The notes below the pieces were generated by a model, which saw only the letters and a program-made list of their open reading frames with translations, was not told the DNA's origin and did not search any database. 64,000 nucleotides of DNA from Gammaproteobacteria bacterium (lineage in GTDB: Bacteria > Pseudomonadota > Gammaproteobacteria > JBCCGL01): assembly GCA_965277715.1 (NCBI GenBank), contig OZ255836.1, positions 2,816,001 through 2,880,000 of the forward strand. The letters run 5' to 3'. Numbering within the stretch: the stretch's first letter is position 1; each line of letters begins with the position of its first letter. This document shows positions 1-9,671 of this stretch, piece by piece. The position numbers and the translations under genes are program-made.

Positions 1-1071
1 CTAGGGAAATTTAAGAAATGGGCAGATGATGCTATTTCAACAAAAAACGGTCTGGTCAATATCGAAGAATTCTGGACATATACCAAATCGCCTTTGCCTG
101 CCAAGATCAATAAAAAGGAAGCTGAATTAATTCAAAATCTTGCTCAAAAAGCTGGTTATGGCATAGCACCTGATACACGTTACCATCATGCGAAGACGAG
201 CGCTGATGGAAAGCTAGTTCTATTTCCTGAAGGACATGGTAAATACTTTGAACCCTCCAAAGCATATAGTGAAATGGGAATGGCACTGCGTTTAGGGGCT
301 ATGGTTGCCACAATTGATTCACATGTGGATCAGGTGGAATTACATTTATTAACTCAGCTCATTGACCACGATACCAATTTATCGCCTACCGAGAAACGAT
401 CATTACATGCCTATCTGGTATGGAGACTTAATACGCCTTCAAATGTCACGGGCTTAAAAGCCAGAGTGGAATTACTGGGTAAAACAGAAAAAGCAGCTGT
501 TAGTCGTATATTGGTCGGTGTTGCGATGGTCGATGGAAAAATTGATCCGGAAGAAATCAAACAGCTTGAAAAGCTCTATACCTTGCTTGGTCTTGATAAA
601 GCCCTTGTTACTGGAGACATTCATGGAATGTCATCAAGTAAAGCAGGAGCACAACCCGCCAACCCTCAATCAGAGACTATTTCGCCAGCTTCCACTACAT
701 TCCAGCTCGATGAAAGTATCCTCGCAATACATGAGTCGGAAACCAAAGATGTACAAAGCATGTTAGGCGCTATATTCGTGGAGAACGAACCCGAAGGTGA
801 ATCCGATGGCTCAGCTACGGATAACTCTGTAGTAGAGGAAGAAACCGGAATTGATAAACCGCATTATGCTTTGTTTGAAAGCTTGATACGAAAAGATAAA
901 TGGACTCGTGAAGAAGTGGAAGCACTGTGCCGTGATTCTGCTCTGATGGTTAGCGGAGCATTGGAAACTATTAATGACTGGTCATTTGAAAAAGTGGATG
1001 CAGCTGTACTTGAAGAGGATGGTGATGCTATTTATGTCGACCAGGAAATCGTAGAAGAGATAGAAGGTTAA
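1..1071 (+). CDS. TerB-domain protein with TerB-C tail (Shango SngA-like), 5' end outside window
   Basis: Frame open from base 1. TerB-like helices (AMVATIDSHVDQVE, VAMVDGKIDPEEIKQLEKLY) and a TerB-C-like tail (GALETINDWSFEKVD). Sits directly upstream of ATPase and helicase genes. Confidence 0.8.
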   Translation, partial: LGKFKKWADDAISTKNGLVNIEEFWTYTKSPLPAKINKKEAELIQNLAQKAGYGIAPDTRYHHAKTSADGKLVLFPEGHGKYFEPSKAYSEMGMALRLGAMVATIDSHVDQVELHLLTQLIDHDTNLSPTEKRSLHAYLVWRLNTPSNVTGLKARVELLGKTEKAAVSRILVGVAMVDGKIDPEEIKQLEKLYTLLGLDKALVTGDIHGMSSSKAGAQPANPQSETISPASTTFQLDESILAIHESETKDVQSMLGAIFVENEPEGESDGSATDNSVVEEETGIDKPHYALFESLIRKDKWTREEVEALCRDSALMVSGALETINDWSFEKVDAAVLEEDGDAIYVDQEIVEEIEG

Positions 1072-1075
1072 ACTG

Positions 1076-2401
1076 ATGAAAAAACGTATCCGATTAAAAG
1101 AACGTGACGCAATCATTCAATCACTGAAGTCAGGCGTGACCCCCAAAATTGGGATTCAGCATATTCAGGTAGGACGAAGCAATGAAGTCAAAGCGTTGTA
1201 TAAAGACATCGAACGAATCTCGGAAGGTGGCGCAGCATTCAGGCTTATTATTGGCGATTACGGATCAGGGAAAACGTTTTTCTTAAGCGTGGTGCGTTCC
1301 ATTGCTCTTGAAAAGAAGCTGGTTACAGTCAATGCAGACCTCTCACCAGATCGACGCGTACATGCTTCTTCAGGTCAGGCACGGAATCTATATTCTGAAC
1401 TAATGAGGAATCTGGCAACCCGTAATAAGCCGGATGGAAATGCGTTAGCCAGTGTTGTAGAGCGTTTTGTAACTCAGGCTCGTAAAGAAGCAGATGAAAA
1501 GAACACCGACGTTTCTACAGTAATTCATCAAAAATTAGCGTCCTTGTCAGAATTGGTTGGTGGATACGATTTTGCAAAAGTCATTGATGCCTACTGGAAT
1601 GGTCATGAGCAGGATAACGAAGAGTTAAAATCAAATGCTATTCGTTGGTTACGTGCTGAATACACTACCAAGACAGATGCAAGAAGGGATCTTGATGTCA
1701 GAACAATTATTTCGGACAACTCGTTTTACGATGCGTTAAAACTTATGAGCCTATTTGTGCGTCAGGCGGGTTATGAAGGCTTACTTGTTAATCTGGATGA
1801 GATGGTCAATCTTTATAAATTAAGCAGCACACAAGCACGTACATCTAACTATGAGCAGATTCTTCGGATACTCAACGATTGCCTGCAGGGTTCGGCTGAA
1901 TATCTTGGGTTTTTATTGGGTGGAACGCCGGAGTTTTTATTAGACCCCCGCAGAGGATTATATAGTTATGAAGCACTGCAATCCCGTTTAGCTGAAAATA
2001 GCTTTGCGCAACGTGCGGGTGTTATTGATTATTCATCACCTGCACTACATCTAGCGAGCTTAACACCAGAGGAGCTTTATATTCTCCTGAAGAATCTTCA
2101 TCATGTCTTTGCCGAAGGTGATACATCTAAATATCTAGTGCCTAATGATGCACTGAAATCCTTTTTACACCATTGTAGCCAGACTATCGGTGATGCCTAT
2201 TTTCGCACACCGAGAAATACCATCAAAGCATTTTTAGATATGCTGGCAGTTTTGGAACAAAACCCTTCTATGCAATGGTCACAGTTAGTTCAATCTATAG
2301 CGATTGAGGATGATCGACCAAGTGATACAGATGAGATTATGGTGGATGAAAAAACAGGCGAAATTTTGAATTCTGATGGACTAGCTGATTTCAAATTATG
2401 A
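1076..2401 (+). CDS. DUF2791/BrxD-like P-loop ATPase (Shango SngB-like)
   Basis: Walker A GDYGSGKT, Walker B LVNLDEM, N-terminal IIQSLKSGVTP motif; overlaps the next gene by 4 bp. Confidence 0.85.
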   Translation: MKKRIRLKERDAIIQSLKSGVTPKIGIQHIQVGRSNEVKALYKDIERISEGGAAFRLIIGDYGSGKTFFLSVVRSIALEKKLVTVNADLSPDRRVHASSGQARNLYSELMRNLATRNKPDGNALASVVERFVTQARKEADEKNTDVSTVIHQKLASLSELVGGYDFAKVIDAYWNGHEQDNEELKSNAIRWLRAEYTTKTDARRDLDVRTIISDNSFYDALKLMSLFVRQAGYEGLLVNLDEMVNLYKLSSTQARTSNYEQILRILNDCLQGSAEYLGFLLGGTPEFLLDPRRGLYSYEALQSRLAENSFAQRAGVIDYSSPALHLASLTPEELYILLKNLHHVFAEGDTSKYLVPNDALKSFLHHCSQTIGDAYFRTPRNTIKAFLDMLAVLEQNPSMQWSQLVQSIAIEDDRPSDTDEIMVDEKTGEILNSDGLADFKL

Positions 2402-4602
2402 TAGAGGAATATCAGCGCCTTGATAAGCGTGTACAAAAATGGTTATTTAATCAGGGATGGCCTGATTTAAGAGAAATACAAAAACGGTCAATTGCACCAA
2501 TTCTGTCAGGTGATAGAGATGTACTGATTAGTGCGTCAACAGCGGCAGGTAAAACAGAAGCTTTTTTTCTGCCCGCATGTAGCTCTATTGCTGAAGAGGA
2601 AAACGGCTTTGGTATTTTGTATATCAGTCCTTTAAAAGCATTGATTAACGATCAGTACCGCAGGCTCGAATCGTTAAGTGAAATGTTGGATATGCAGGTT
2701 ACGCCGTGGCACGGTGATAGCCTTCACTCCAAAAAGAAGAAAGCTAGAAGCAACCCTTCAGGTATTCTGCTTATTACCCCTGAATCCCTGGAATCCCTCT
2801 TAGTTAGAGAGCCGGGATGGGTCAAGCAATCCTTCACCTCACTCAAATATATCGTCATTGATGAATTTCATGCGTTTATCGGAACAGAACGAGGACAGCA
2901 ATTACTTTCTCTGCTTACCCGCCTCGAACACTTAACTGGTCGAATCTCTAATCCCATTCCACGGGTTGCACTAAGTGCGACACTCGGAGAGCTTGAAAAA
3001 GTACCGTTATCTCTCAGGCCGAATAAAAGTCTGCCTTGTGAAACCATTACCAGTAGCCAGCACCAAAGCACTATTAAAGTTCAGGTTAAAGGATATTTAG
3101 AACCTGTAGATATTTTGGCTGATGATACACACACATCTGCAGAACAGCAGATTTGTCAGGAAATATTTAGGCTCTGTAGAGGCGACTCACATCTGGTATT
3201 TGCAAATAGCCGTAGCCGAACAGAAAGCATTGCTGCACAGTTAAGTGATTTATGCGAACAACAAGTTGTACCGAATGAGTTTTTCCCTCATCACGGCTCA
3301 TTAGCCAAAGAACTCAGAGAAGATCTAGAAGCCAGATTACAGAAGGAAACCCTACCTACTACAGCTATTTGTACCATGACCCTAGAGCTAGGTATCGACA
3401 TTGGAAAAGTGAGTTCCATCATTCAGGTTACTGCTCCACACTCAGTATCAAGTTTACGTCAACGATTAGGTCGATCTGGTAGAAGGAATTCCCCTTCCAT
3501 ATTGCGTATGCTTATTTCTGAAGATGAACTAAGTGATAAATCTAATATAGTAGATGATCTTAGATTAGAGCTGGTTCAATCACTAGCAATGATACGTTTG
3601 CTGATTGTAGATAACTGGTTTGAACCGGCAGATACAGAGCAAATGCATCTCTCTACCTTTTTACATCAGATTCTAGCTGTCATTGCGCAATGGGGTAGCG
3701 TCAGAGCAGACCAGCTTTATTCTTTATTATGTGAGCAAGGGTCGTTCAAAGAAATATCAATTCAGCACTTCAAGCAACTATTGTCCCATATGGGGACAGT
3801 CCAACTAATACAGCAACTCAATAGCGGTGAGTTGGTTTTAGGAATTGAAGGTGAACGTCTTACCAATTCCTATACCTTCTATGCTGTCTTTAAAACACCA
3901 GAAGAATTCCGTATTGTTACCGGAGGCAAAACACTCGGTACGCTACCTGTTGATTCATTACTCCTTAAAGATCAGCACATTATATTTGGTGGCCGTAGAT
4001 GGAAGGTCACGGATATTGACGATGAAAAGAAAGTCATCTATGTGACTTCTACAAAGGGCGGTAAACCTCCCAAATTTAACGGTAACGGCATGTCGATTCA
4101 TGACAGGGTTCGACAAGAGATGCTAAGTATCTATTGCACAGGTGACTATCGTATTGAGGTTGGTAACCAGAAAATAGATTTTGTAGATGATCTCGGAAAG
4201 CAGTTATTTCAAGATGGAGCATATTTTTTTAAAGAAGCCAACCTTGAAAACCAACCTATCTATCAAAGCGGTAAGTATAGTTATATTTTTTCATGGATGG
4301 GCGATAAAGTAGTTAACACCCTTACCGTTTTGCTCATTAGAAGTGGGTTTGTATGCAGTAATTTTGCTGGCGTTATTGAAGTTCAGAATTCGAGTGTCGA
4401 TGACATAAAAAATTGCTTAATAGATATAGCAAAAGATGATCTACTGGATGAAACCGAACTGGCTGGAATACTTTCATTAAATCAAAAGCTTATAGAAAAA
4501 TATGATGAGTATCTACCTGATGATTTACTAACCGAATGCTATGGACTAAAAGCATTTAATTCTAGGATTACTAAACAGTGGATATTAAGCAACCTTGTCT
4601 GA
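2398..4602 (+). CDS. Lhr-like DEAD/DEAH-box SF2 helicase (Shango SngC-like)
   Basis: TAAGKT, DEFH, SAT, HHGSL, TLELGIDIG and QRLGRSGRR motifs. Confidence 0.9.
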   Translation: MIEEYQRLDKRVQKWLFNQGWPDLREIQKRSIAPILSGDRDVLISASTAAGKTEAFFLPACSSIAEEENGFGILYISPLKALINDQYRRLESLSEMLDMQVTPWHGDSLHSKKKKARSNPSGILLITPESLESLLVREPGWVKQSFTSLKYIVIDEFHAFIGTERGQQLLSLLTRLEHLTGRISNPIPRVALSATLGELEKVPLSLRPNKSLPCETITSSQHQSTIKVQVKGYLEPVDILADDTHTSAEQQICQEIFRLCRGDSHLVFANSRSRTESIAAQLSDLCEQQVVPNEFFPHHGSLAKELREDLEARLQKETLPTTAICTMTLELGIDIGKVSSIIQVTAPHSVSSLRQRLGRSGRRNSPSILRMLISEDELSDKSNIVDDLRLELVQSLAMIRLLIVDNWFEPADTEQMHLSTFLHQILAVIAQWGSVRADQLYSLLCEQGSFKEISIQHFKQLLSHMGTVQLIQQLNSGELVLGIEGERLTNSYTFYAVFKTPEEFRIVTGGKTLGTLPVDSLLLKDQHIIFGGRRWKVTDIDDEKKVIYVTSTKGGKPPKFNGNGMSIHDRVRQEMLSIYCTGDYRIEVGNQKIDFVDDLGKQLFQDGAYFFKEANLENQPIYQSGKYSYIFSWMGDKVVNTLTVLLIRSGFVCSNFAGVIEVQNSSVDDIKNCLIDIAKDDLLDETELAGILSLNQKLIEKYDEYLPDDLLTECYGLKAFNSRITKQWILSNLV

Positions 4603-4714
4603 GTGGCCAATCTGCAAATAAAAGGGTTATATGTGGACCCGCAGTTAAATTCAACAATTTTTTAATCGTTTATTCATTTTTTAGCGTTCAGTTCAGTCAC
4701 AGTAAATAAGACAG

Positions 4715-5557
4715 AAAGGGGGCAGGTTAGTTATTTAACATAGATTATGTCAATATCACCCCATGCCAAGGCCTCACCGCATAGAATATGAAAACGCCTT
4801 CTACCATATAATGAACCGTGGTCGGGAGCGTAAGACGGTTTTTCATAGCGAAGCTTACTACCAAGCGTTTCTCGCCACATTGACCGAAGCCGCAGAGCGT
4901 TTTCACGCCGTGATTCACGCTTATTGCCTAATGGGCAACCACTACCACCTACTGCTGGAAACACCTGATGCTAACCTCAGTCGCATTATGCAGCATATCG
5001 ATGGTGTCTATACACGGCGTTATAACCGCCTTAAAAAAACGGATGGTCCTCAGTTTAGAGGGCGATTTAAAGCCATCAATGTCGATGAACATGCGTATCT
5101 ATTACCCCTGTCTCGCTATCTACATAGAAACCCCATTGAGACTAAAAAAATAACCTATCGACGGTGTTAGGTGACAAGGTGTTCCGCTCACAGTTGGCCG
5201 AGTACAAAGAAAGCCAGAGTGGCGTTGATGTGTGGTCCCAATTGCGGGAAAAGGTAGCCAGCAGTGTGATAGTAAAAACGCTGGCAAATTGTTGCCGAGT
5301 GAGTGAAGGCAGTGTTTCGGATAGTCAAGGTAAGGGAGGTAGCGCGAACACTCAACGCAAATTGGCCATGTACTATTACCAGCGATTTGGTAGTATGTCG
5401 TTAAAGGCGATTACTCAACATTTTGGGTTAAGTCACCCTGGTGGTGTGTCGAGTGCAATAGCTCACGTCAAGAAGGCGCTAGACAAGGGGGAACTTAAAG
5501 AGGTGGTGCATCAAATTGAAAACCAGCTAAATAGTAAATAACTTGCCTGATCCCTTT
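4715..5557 (+). mobile_element. RAYT-like Y1 (HUH) transposase element with terminal inverted repeats; decayed into two ORF pieces (4763-5170, 5164-5541)
   Basis: YHIMNRG, HAYCLMGNHYHLL (HUH) and YLHRNP motifs; C-terminal piece is HTH/DnaA-C-like. Ends AAAGGGGGCAGGTTAGTTATTT and AAATAACTTGCCTGATCCCTTT are inverted. Confidence 0.8.
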
Positions 5558-5670
5558 GATCGTATTAACACCAACTTTATGGCCACTGTGGTAACTAATG
5601 TTTTATATTGGTGCCAAGTGATGAATAAATGTTACCATTTTGTGCCAATGATATCCCCACATAATCCCTA

Positions 5671-6723
5671 ATGACCCTGCTGATTCTTTATCTGGCGCTC
5701 GCAATCGGAGTTTCTTTTCTCTGCTCCATTCTGGAGGCCGTATTGCTCTCGATGACTCCAGCGTATATGGAGCAAATCAAATCGAAGAAACCACGGCTCG
5801 GGGCCAGACTGGCGCGGATCAAGGAGCGGCTGGACGAATCGCTTGCCAGCATTCTGATACTCAATACTTTTGCCCATACTATGGGAGCCGCTGGTGTCGG
5901 CTCACAGGCGCTGCAGGTGTTCGGTCAGAAATGGGAAACGCTGATCGCGATATTATTGACTCTGGCAATTCTCTATTTTTCTGAGATTATACCCAAGACT
6001 CTGGGGGCTACTTTTTGGCGGCAACTGGCGCTGCCTTCCGCCATTTTGATCTCTTGGCTGGTCAAACTGGTGTTTCCACTGGTGTGGATATCGACCCGTT
6101 TGACGAAGTTAATCAGCGGCAATAAGGAGAATGAAATTACCCGAGAGGAGATTATTGCCCTGGCCTCCCTCGGTCACAAGGACGGTAATCTGTTTTCCCA
6201 GGAAAACGAGTATCTGCTGAATCTGTTAAACCTGCGCAAGGTGAGAACCGAGGGGATATTCACCCCCCGGTCGGTAGTACACATGTTGCACCAAAATGTG
6301 ACCGTCAAAGAAGCTCTGGATGACCCGGAGAGTCAACAATTTACCCGGATTCCTGTCTACGGCGACAGCGTTGATGATATTAAGGGCAAAGTGATTCGAC
6401 CGGATTTATTCGAGGCGGAACGCAACGGTCAGGGCGGGGCCTGCGTAGGCGATTACATCAAGCCACTTTCCCGCGTGTCAGAAAAACTGCCGGTCCAGCA
6501 TCTGCTGGATTTATTTATCCGGCAAAAAGCGCATATGTGTCTGGTAGAGGATGAATTCGGTCAAACCGCCGGGATCGTTACCCTGGAAGACGCGATCGAA
6601 ACCCTGTTAGGTAAAGAAATTGTCGATGAGCGGGACACGGTGGAAGACATGCAGGAACTGGCGCGGGATAAATACCGCGCGCGTTTGCGCAAAGAGAAAT
6701 CCCGGCGAAAATCGGACGGTTAA
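5671..6723 (+). CDS. CNNM/DUF21 + CBS-pair membrane protein (hemolysin-family/CorB-like)
   Basis: SFLCSILEAVLLS, SEIIPKT, FTPRSVV, RIPVY and VEDEFGQTAGIVTLEDAIETLLG motifs. Confidence 0.9.
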   Translation: MTLLILYLALAIGVSFLCSILEAVLLSMTPAYMEQIKSKKPRLGARLARIKERLDESLASILILNTFAHTMGAAGVGSQALQVFGQKWETLIAILLTLAILYFSEIIPKTLGATFWRQLALPSAILISWLVKLVFPLVWISTRLTKLISGNKENEITREEIIALASLGHKDGNLFSQENEYLLNLLNLRKVRTEGIFTPRSVVHMLHQNVTVKEALDDPESQQFTRIPVYGDSVDDIKGKVIRPDLFEAERNGQGGACVGDYIKPLSRVSEKLPVQHLLDLFIRQKAHMCLVEDEFGQTAGIVTLEDAIETLLGKEIVDERDTVEDMQELARDKYRARLRKEKSRRKSDG

Positions 6724-6789
6724 ATGAAAAGCAAACACAGGTGCGAAACCTGATGCGTAAAGTGTCGCAACAGAATCAAAAGACAAAAG

Positions 6790-7492
6790 AAAAGGGGTCA
6801 ATTCTATTTAATATTTTCAAAATAGTATAAATTTAAACGATGCCCAGACCTACTCGAATACAATACGAAAATGCCTACTACCACGTTATGAATCGTGGCA
6901 AAGCCAGACAGACCATCTTTCATGGCGAAGTTTACTACCAGGCATTTCTACAAACGCTCGATGAAGCACATAAACGCTTTGATGCCTACATCCACGCTTA
7001 CTGTTTGATGGGTAATCATTATCATCTATTGATCGAAACCCCTCGTGCTAATCTGGATCGCATCATGCGGCATATCAATGGTATCTACACACAACGCTAC
7101 AACCGGCTTAGACGCACGGATGGGCCTCTTTTTCGCGGTCGTTATAAAGCGATTATTGTGGATACAGACAACTACTTATTACCCTTAAGCCGTTACATTC
7201 ATCGTAACCCAATAGTGGCAGCGGTGTTTGGCGTTAACGCGAGTGATGTACTTACGCGACAGCGGGGGAGACAACGGGCGTATCTACCTCGTAAAGTAGC
7301 GATATATTGTTGTCAGCAATTGGGAGATATGCCGTTAAAAACACTGGTTGATATGTTTGGATATAGTCGTGTTAGTAGCCTTTCTCCTGCAATTGGTTAT
7401 GTAAAGAGTGGGCTGTCAGACGGCAGCTTGAAGGGCGTGTTTGAGCAGGTTTGCAACCGTTTGAAAAATATTAAATACGATTGACCCCTTTT
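6790..7492 (+). mobile_element. Second RAYT-like Y1 transposase element (ORF 6840-7484, apparently internally deleted) with ~30-bp terminal inverted repeats
   Basis: Same HUH and YIHRNP motifs as the first element. Ends AAAAGGGGTCAATTCTATTTAATATTTTCAA and TTGAAAAATATTAAATACGATTGACCCCTTTT. Confidence 0.8.
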
Positions 7493-7660
7493 TTTAGTTG
7501 CTGAAGTTTTGGACGATTTGCTCTAACATTTCTTGGTACATATGTTGATAGATTCGGGGATTTTGACAACCTCGTAGAATGTGCAACTTGGTTCGCAGGC
7601 GACGGCGGTCAGACTGTGAACGGCGACGCTTCAACATCCACACAAAGTAATGAGGTTAAT

Positions 7661-7855
7661 ATGAATATAGATACAATTGCTTATTCCAACGAATTTTGCA
7701 AGAACTGCGGTACGAATTCACCCCGTGAAACCACAAAATCTGGTAACGATGATACAGGTGTAGTTACGACTGTATATTGCAAGGGCTGTAAAAAATTTAA
7801 CCGCATAGAGACCGATTCATCTGGTTCAATTGTCGCCGAACAATATGACCTGTAA
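7661..7855 (+). CDS. Small hypothetical zinc-ribbon protein
   Basis: ATG preceded by GAGG; CKNC and CKGC pairs. Confidence 0.5.
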   Translation: MNIDTIAYSNEFCKNCGTNSPRETTKSGNDDTGVVTTVYCKGCKKFNRIETDSSGSIVAEQYDL

Positions 7856-7890
7856 TCGTGCCATCACTAACAAAGGAGGCAGCATCGAGC

Positions 7891-8090
7891 GCCACTTCCT
7901 TAAGCGGTAAGCATTTGGTATATATCCGATAAAATTTAGATATAAGTGGCTCATTTTTGTTTTTTGGGATGCCCATATCTTTTAACAGCTTCCCTTGCTA
8001 CAGGCCTTGGCTGCATGAGTAAAAGGCAAGGTTTTGGGCTTCGCTTAACAGCCCTTGGCTCTACTCGACTGGGACGATTACCCACACAGT
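7891..8090 (-). pseudogene. Diverged right-end remnant of an IS4-family element (relative of the 38667-40231 element)
   Basis: Starts GCCACTTCCTTAAGC, resembling the IS terminal repeat; the minus strand encodes ..GNRPSRVEPRAVKRSPKP..YGHPKKQK, like the C-terminus of the 39267 ORF. Confidence 0.75.
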
Positions 8091-8119
8091 TATTTTATGG
8101 GCAGTTATTTTATGGGTGT

Positions 8120-8209
8120 CTACTTTTTGTGAGCACTTATAGTGCGCTTGCTGTATCGACGCACCTGCATAAATTCAGATATAGACGTGAGAAATGGTGA
8201 TTTACTCAT
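8120..8209 (-). pseudogene. intI: Integron integrase 5' stub
   Basis: Translates to MSKSPFLTSISEFMQVRRYSKRTISAHKK*, resembling the IntI N-terminus; divergent from attC-bounded cassettes. Confidence 0.75.
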
Positions 8210-8409
8210 AGCGAAGTCCTTTTCGAAAACCATAAATATGCTATTCTAACTGTGGCTGGAAAACAACAATACTAAATATCAAAGGTCTCTGTATTATTTT
8301 TAGTATCAAAATGAGATAAAATATAGCGATATGAATCAGCCACTTACAAAAATGTCTCAATACTGGTAAGAATTAAGAGATCACCTCATAATAACGTTAC
8401 AGAGGTCTT

Positions 8410-8440
8410 TGGCCTTTGTAACATACTGTTATAAGTCATT
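8410..8440 (+). other. Probable attI / first-cassette junction
   Basis: GTTATAAGTCATT (8428-8440) is the exact reverse complement of AATGACTTATAAC (8729-8741) at the end of the cassette. Confidence 0.6.
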
Positions 8441-8458
8441 CGGAGTTACTTTAATATA

Positions 8459-8740
8459 ATGATAGGGAAGAATATTTTGGTTGGCCTCACTTACGTTGAT
8501 AAAAATAATGAAGTAACAGATAAATTACAGCTTCATGGGAAAATAGTATCAACAAGTGAGAGTACGTTGACTTTTGAACGTTCAGATAATGGCCATGAAT
8601 TCTCTATTCCCTTTGATGGTGATCTCGAGGAAACTGATCCAGAATTTATATACACACTTAAATCTACGGGTGAGGACGTTACTGGGGTAAATTATATTTC
8701 GTCATTAAATATACATCAGGGTGAGGAAAATGACTTATAA
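8459..8740 (+). CDS. Integron cassette 1, hypothetical 93-aa acidic protein
   Basis: GGAG RBS; stop codon lies within the attC R'' box. Confidence 0.7.
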   Translation: MIGKNILVGLTYVDKNNEVTDKLQLHGKIVSTSESTLTFERSDNGHEFSIPFDGDLEETDPEFIYTLKSTGEDVTGVNYISSLNIHQGEENDL

Positions 8741-8796
8741 CAAGTCAGAGCAAGTGGACGCGCAAAAAGTGCGTGCCATTGCTTGAAACGTTAGAG
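8735..8796 (+). other. attC site 1
   Basis: TTATAAC ... GTTAGAG core sites with an imperfect internal palindrome (AGCAAGTGGACGC / GCGTGCCATTGCT). Confidence 0.8.
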
Positions 8797-8811
8797 CTCA
8801 AGGGGAGGTTT

Positions 8812-9327
8812 ATGCCAAGCAATAGCCTATCGCTACTTTCGTTAGAAATTCATGTCGAGATTTGGCAAGTAGTTATAGGATATACATGCGTTGTGATCTT
8901 TATTGCAACTGCAATTTTGACCTTACTTGCAATCTCAGGCGTACATGCGTTAGCAGATAAGAAATATCGAGACTATTTGTTTAAAGTGCTTGTACTAGAG
9001 ATTGTCGCAATCGCAATGCTCGTATTTTCCGATATAGCGCGTATAACCCCTCCAAGTTCAATATCTATTTATCCTGTCGAAAGCGCAGCTTTGGGATGCG
9101 ATACAGGAAGACCAGAAGCATTTTGTAATATCGGTGATATTGCTGTCTCAGGCGGGGGGCAGTGTGGGTTTTGCGGAGGTGTAGGGCGTTTCGAAGCTAC
9201 TTTTCCAATAGCTAAAGATATTGGCGGCATAAATAGAAGTGGCTGGAGTATACAGTGTGATGAAAATGGCGATAACCGATATGATGGCGGCAAGGCTATT
9301 GTTTACTGTCAAAAAATCGGGCCCTAA
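8812..9327 (+). CDS. Integron cassette 2, two-TM protein with Cys/Gly-rich C-terminal domain
   Basis: GGAGG RBS before ATG 8812; two hydrophobic helices; TAA lies within the attC R'' box. Confidence 0.7.
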   Translation: MPSNSLSLLSLEIHVEIWQVVIGYTCVVIFIATAILTLLAISGVHALADKKYRDYLFKVLVLEIVAIAMLVFSDIARITPPSSISIYPVESAALGCDTGRPEAFCNIGDIAVSGGGQCGFCGGVGRFEATFPIAKDIGGINRSGWSIQCDENGDNRYDGGKAIVYCQKIGP

Positions 9328-9409
9328 CAAAGCAATTGCACGCAGACGTCAAAAAGCGTCGCTCGTTCCTCGCTATGCTTTTTGTCTCCGATGAATTGCG
9401 GCGTTATGT
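9322..9409 (+). other. attC site 2
   Basis: CCCTAAC ... GTTATGT core sites; GCAATT/AATTGC and CAAAAAGC/GCTTTTTG paired arms. Confidence 0.8.
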
Positions 9410-9557
9410 CCATTTCAAATTTCAAGAAATTTCAAGAGGAATTTTAAGAACAGACACTATATGAAGAACTACAAAATTCACCTAAAAATAAAAAATAGTA
9501 TTTAGAGTAATCAACCCTGGCTTTTTTTATCTATATTGCGAATTATTCAGCGTGATG

Positions 9558-9580
9558 GCCCAGTTATTGGGCTTTTTTTT
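9558..9580 (+). terminator. Putative intrinsic terminator
   Basis: GCCCA-GTTAT-TGGGC hairpin followed by T8. Confidence 0.5.
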
Positions 9581-9671
9581 ATTAATAAATTTTTTCAGAC
9601 AAGGTAAAAACAGCCCACTGTGAATGGGGTGAGAAAATCCAAGAAATTAGAAGAGTAAAGCGGTTGAATGA

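Noticed and set aside
1076-2401. BREX system
   Set aside because: The ATPase is BrxD-like, but no pglX/pglZ/brxC is in the window and the TerB and Lhr-like neighbours fit Shango better.
7946-8200. 84-aa ORF, and similar ORFs at 35520, 35679, 38664 and 39965
   Set aside because: Antisense read-outs of IS4 ends and the intI stub.
8248-8270. LexA box at the intI promoter
   Set aside because: CTGTGGCTGGAAAACA lacks the CAG half-site at the right spacing.
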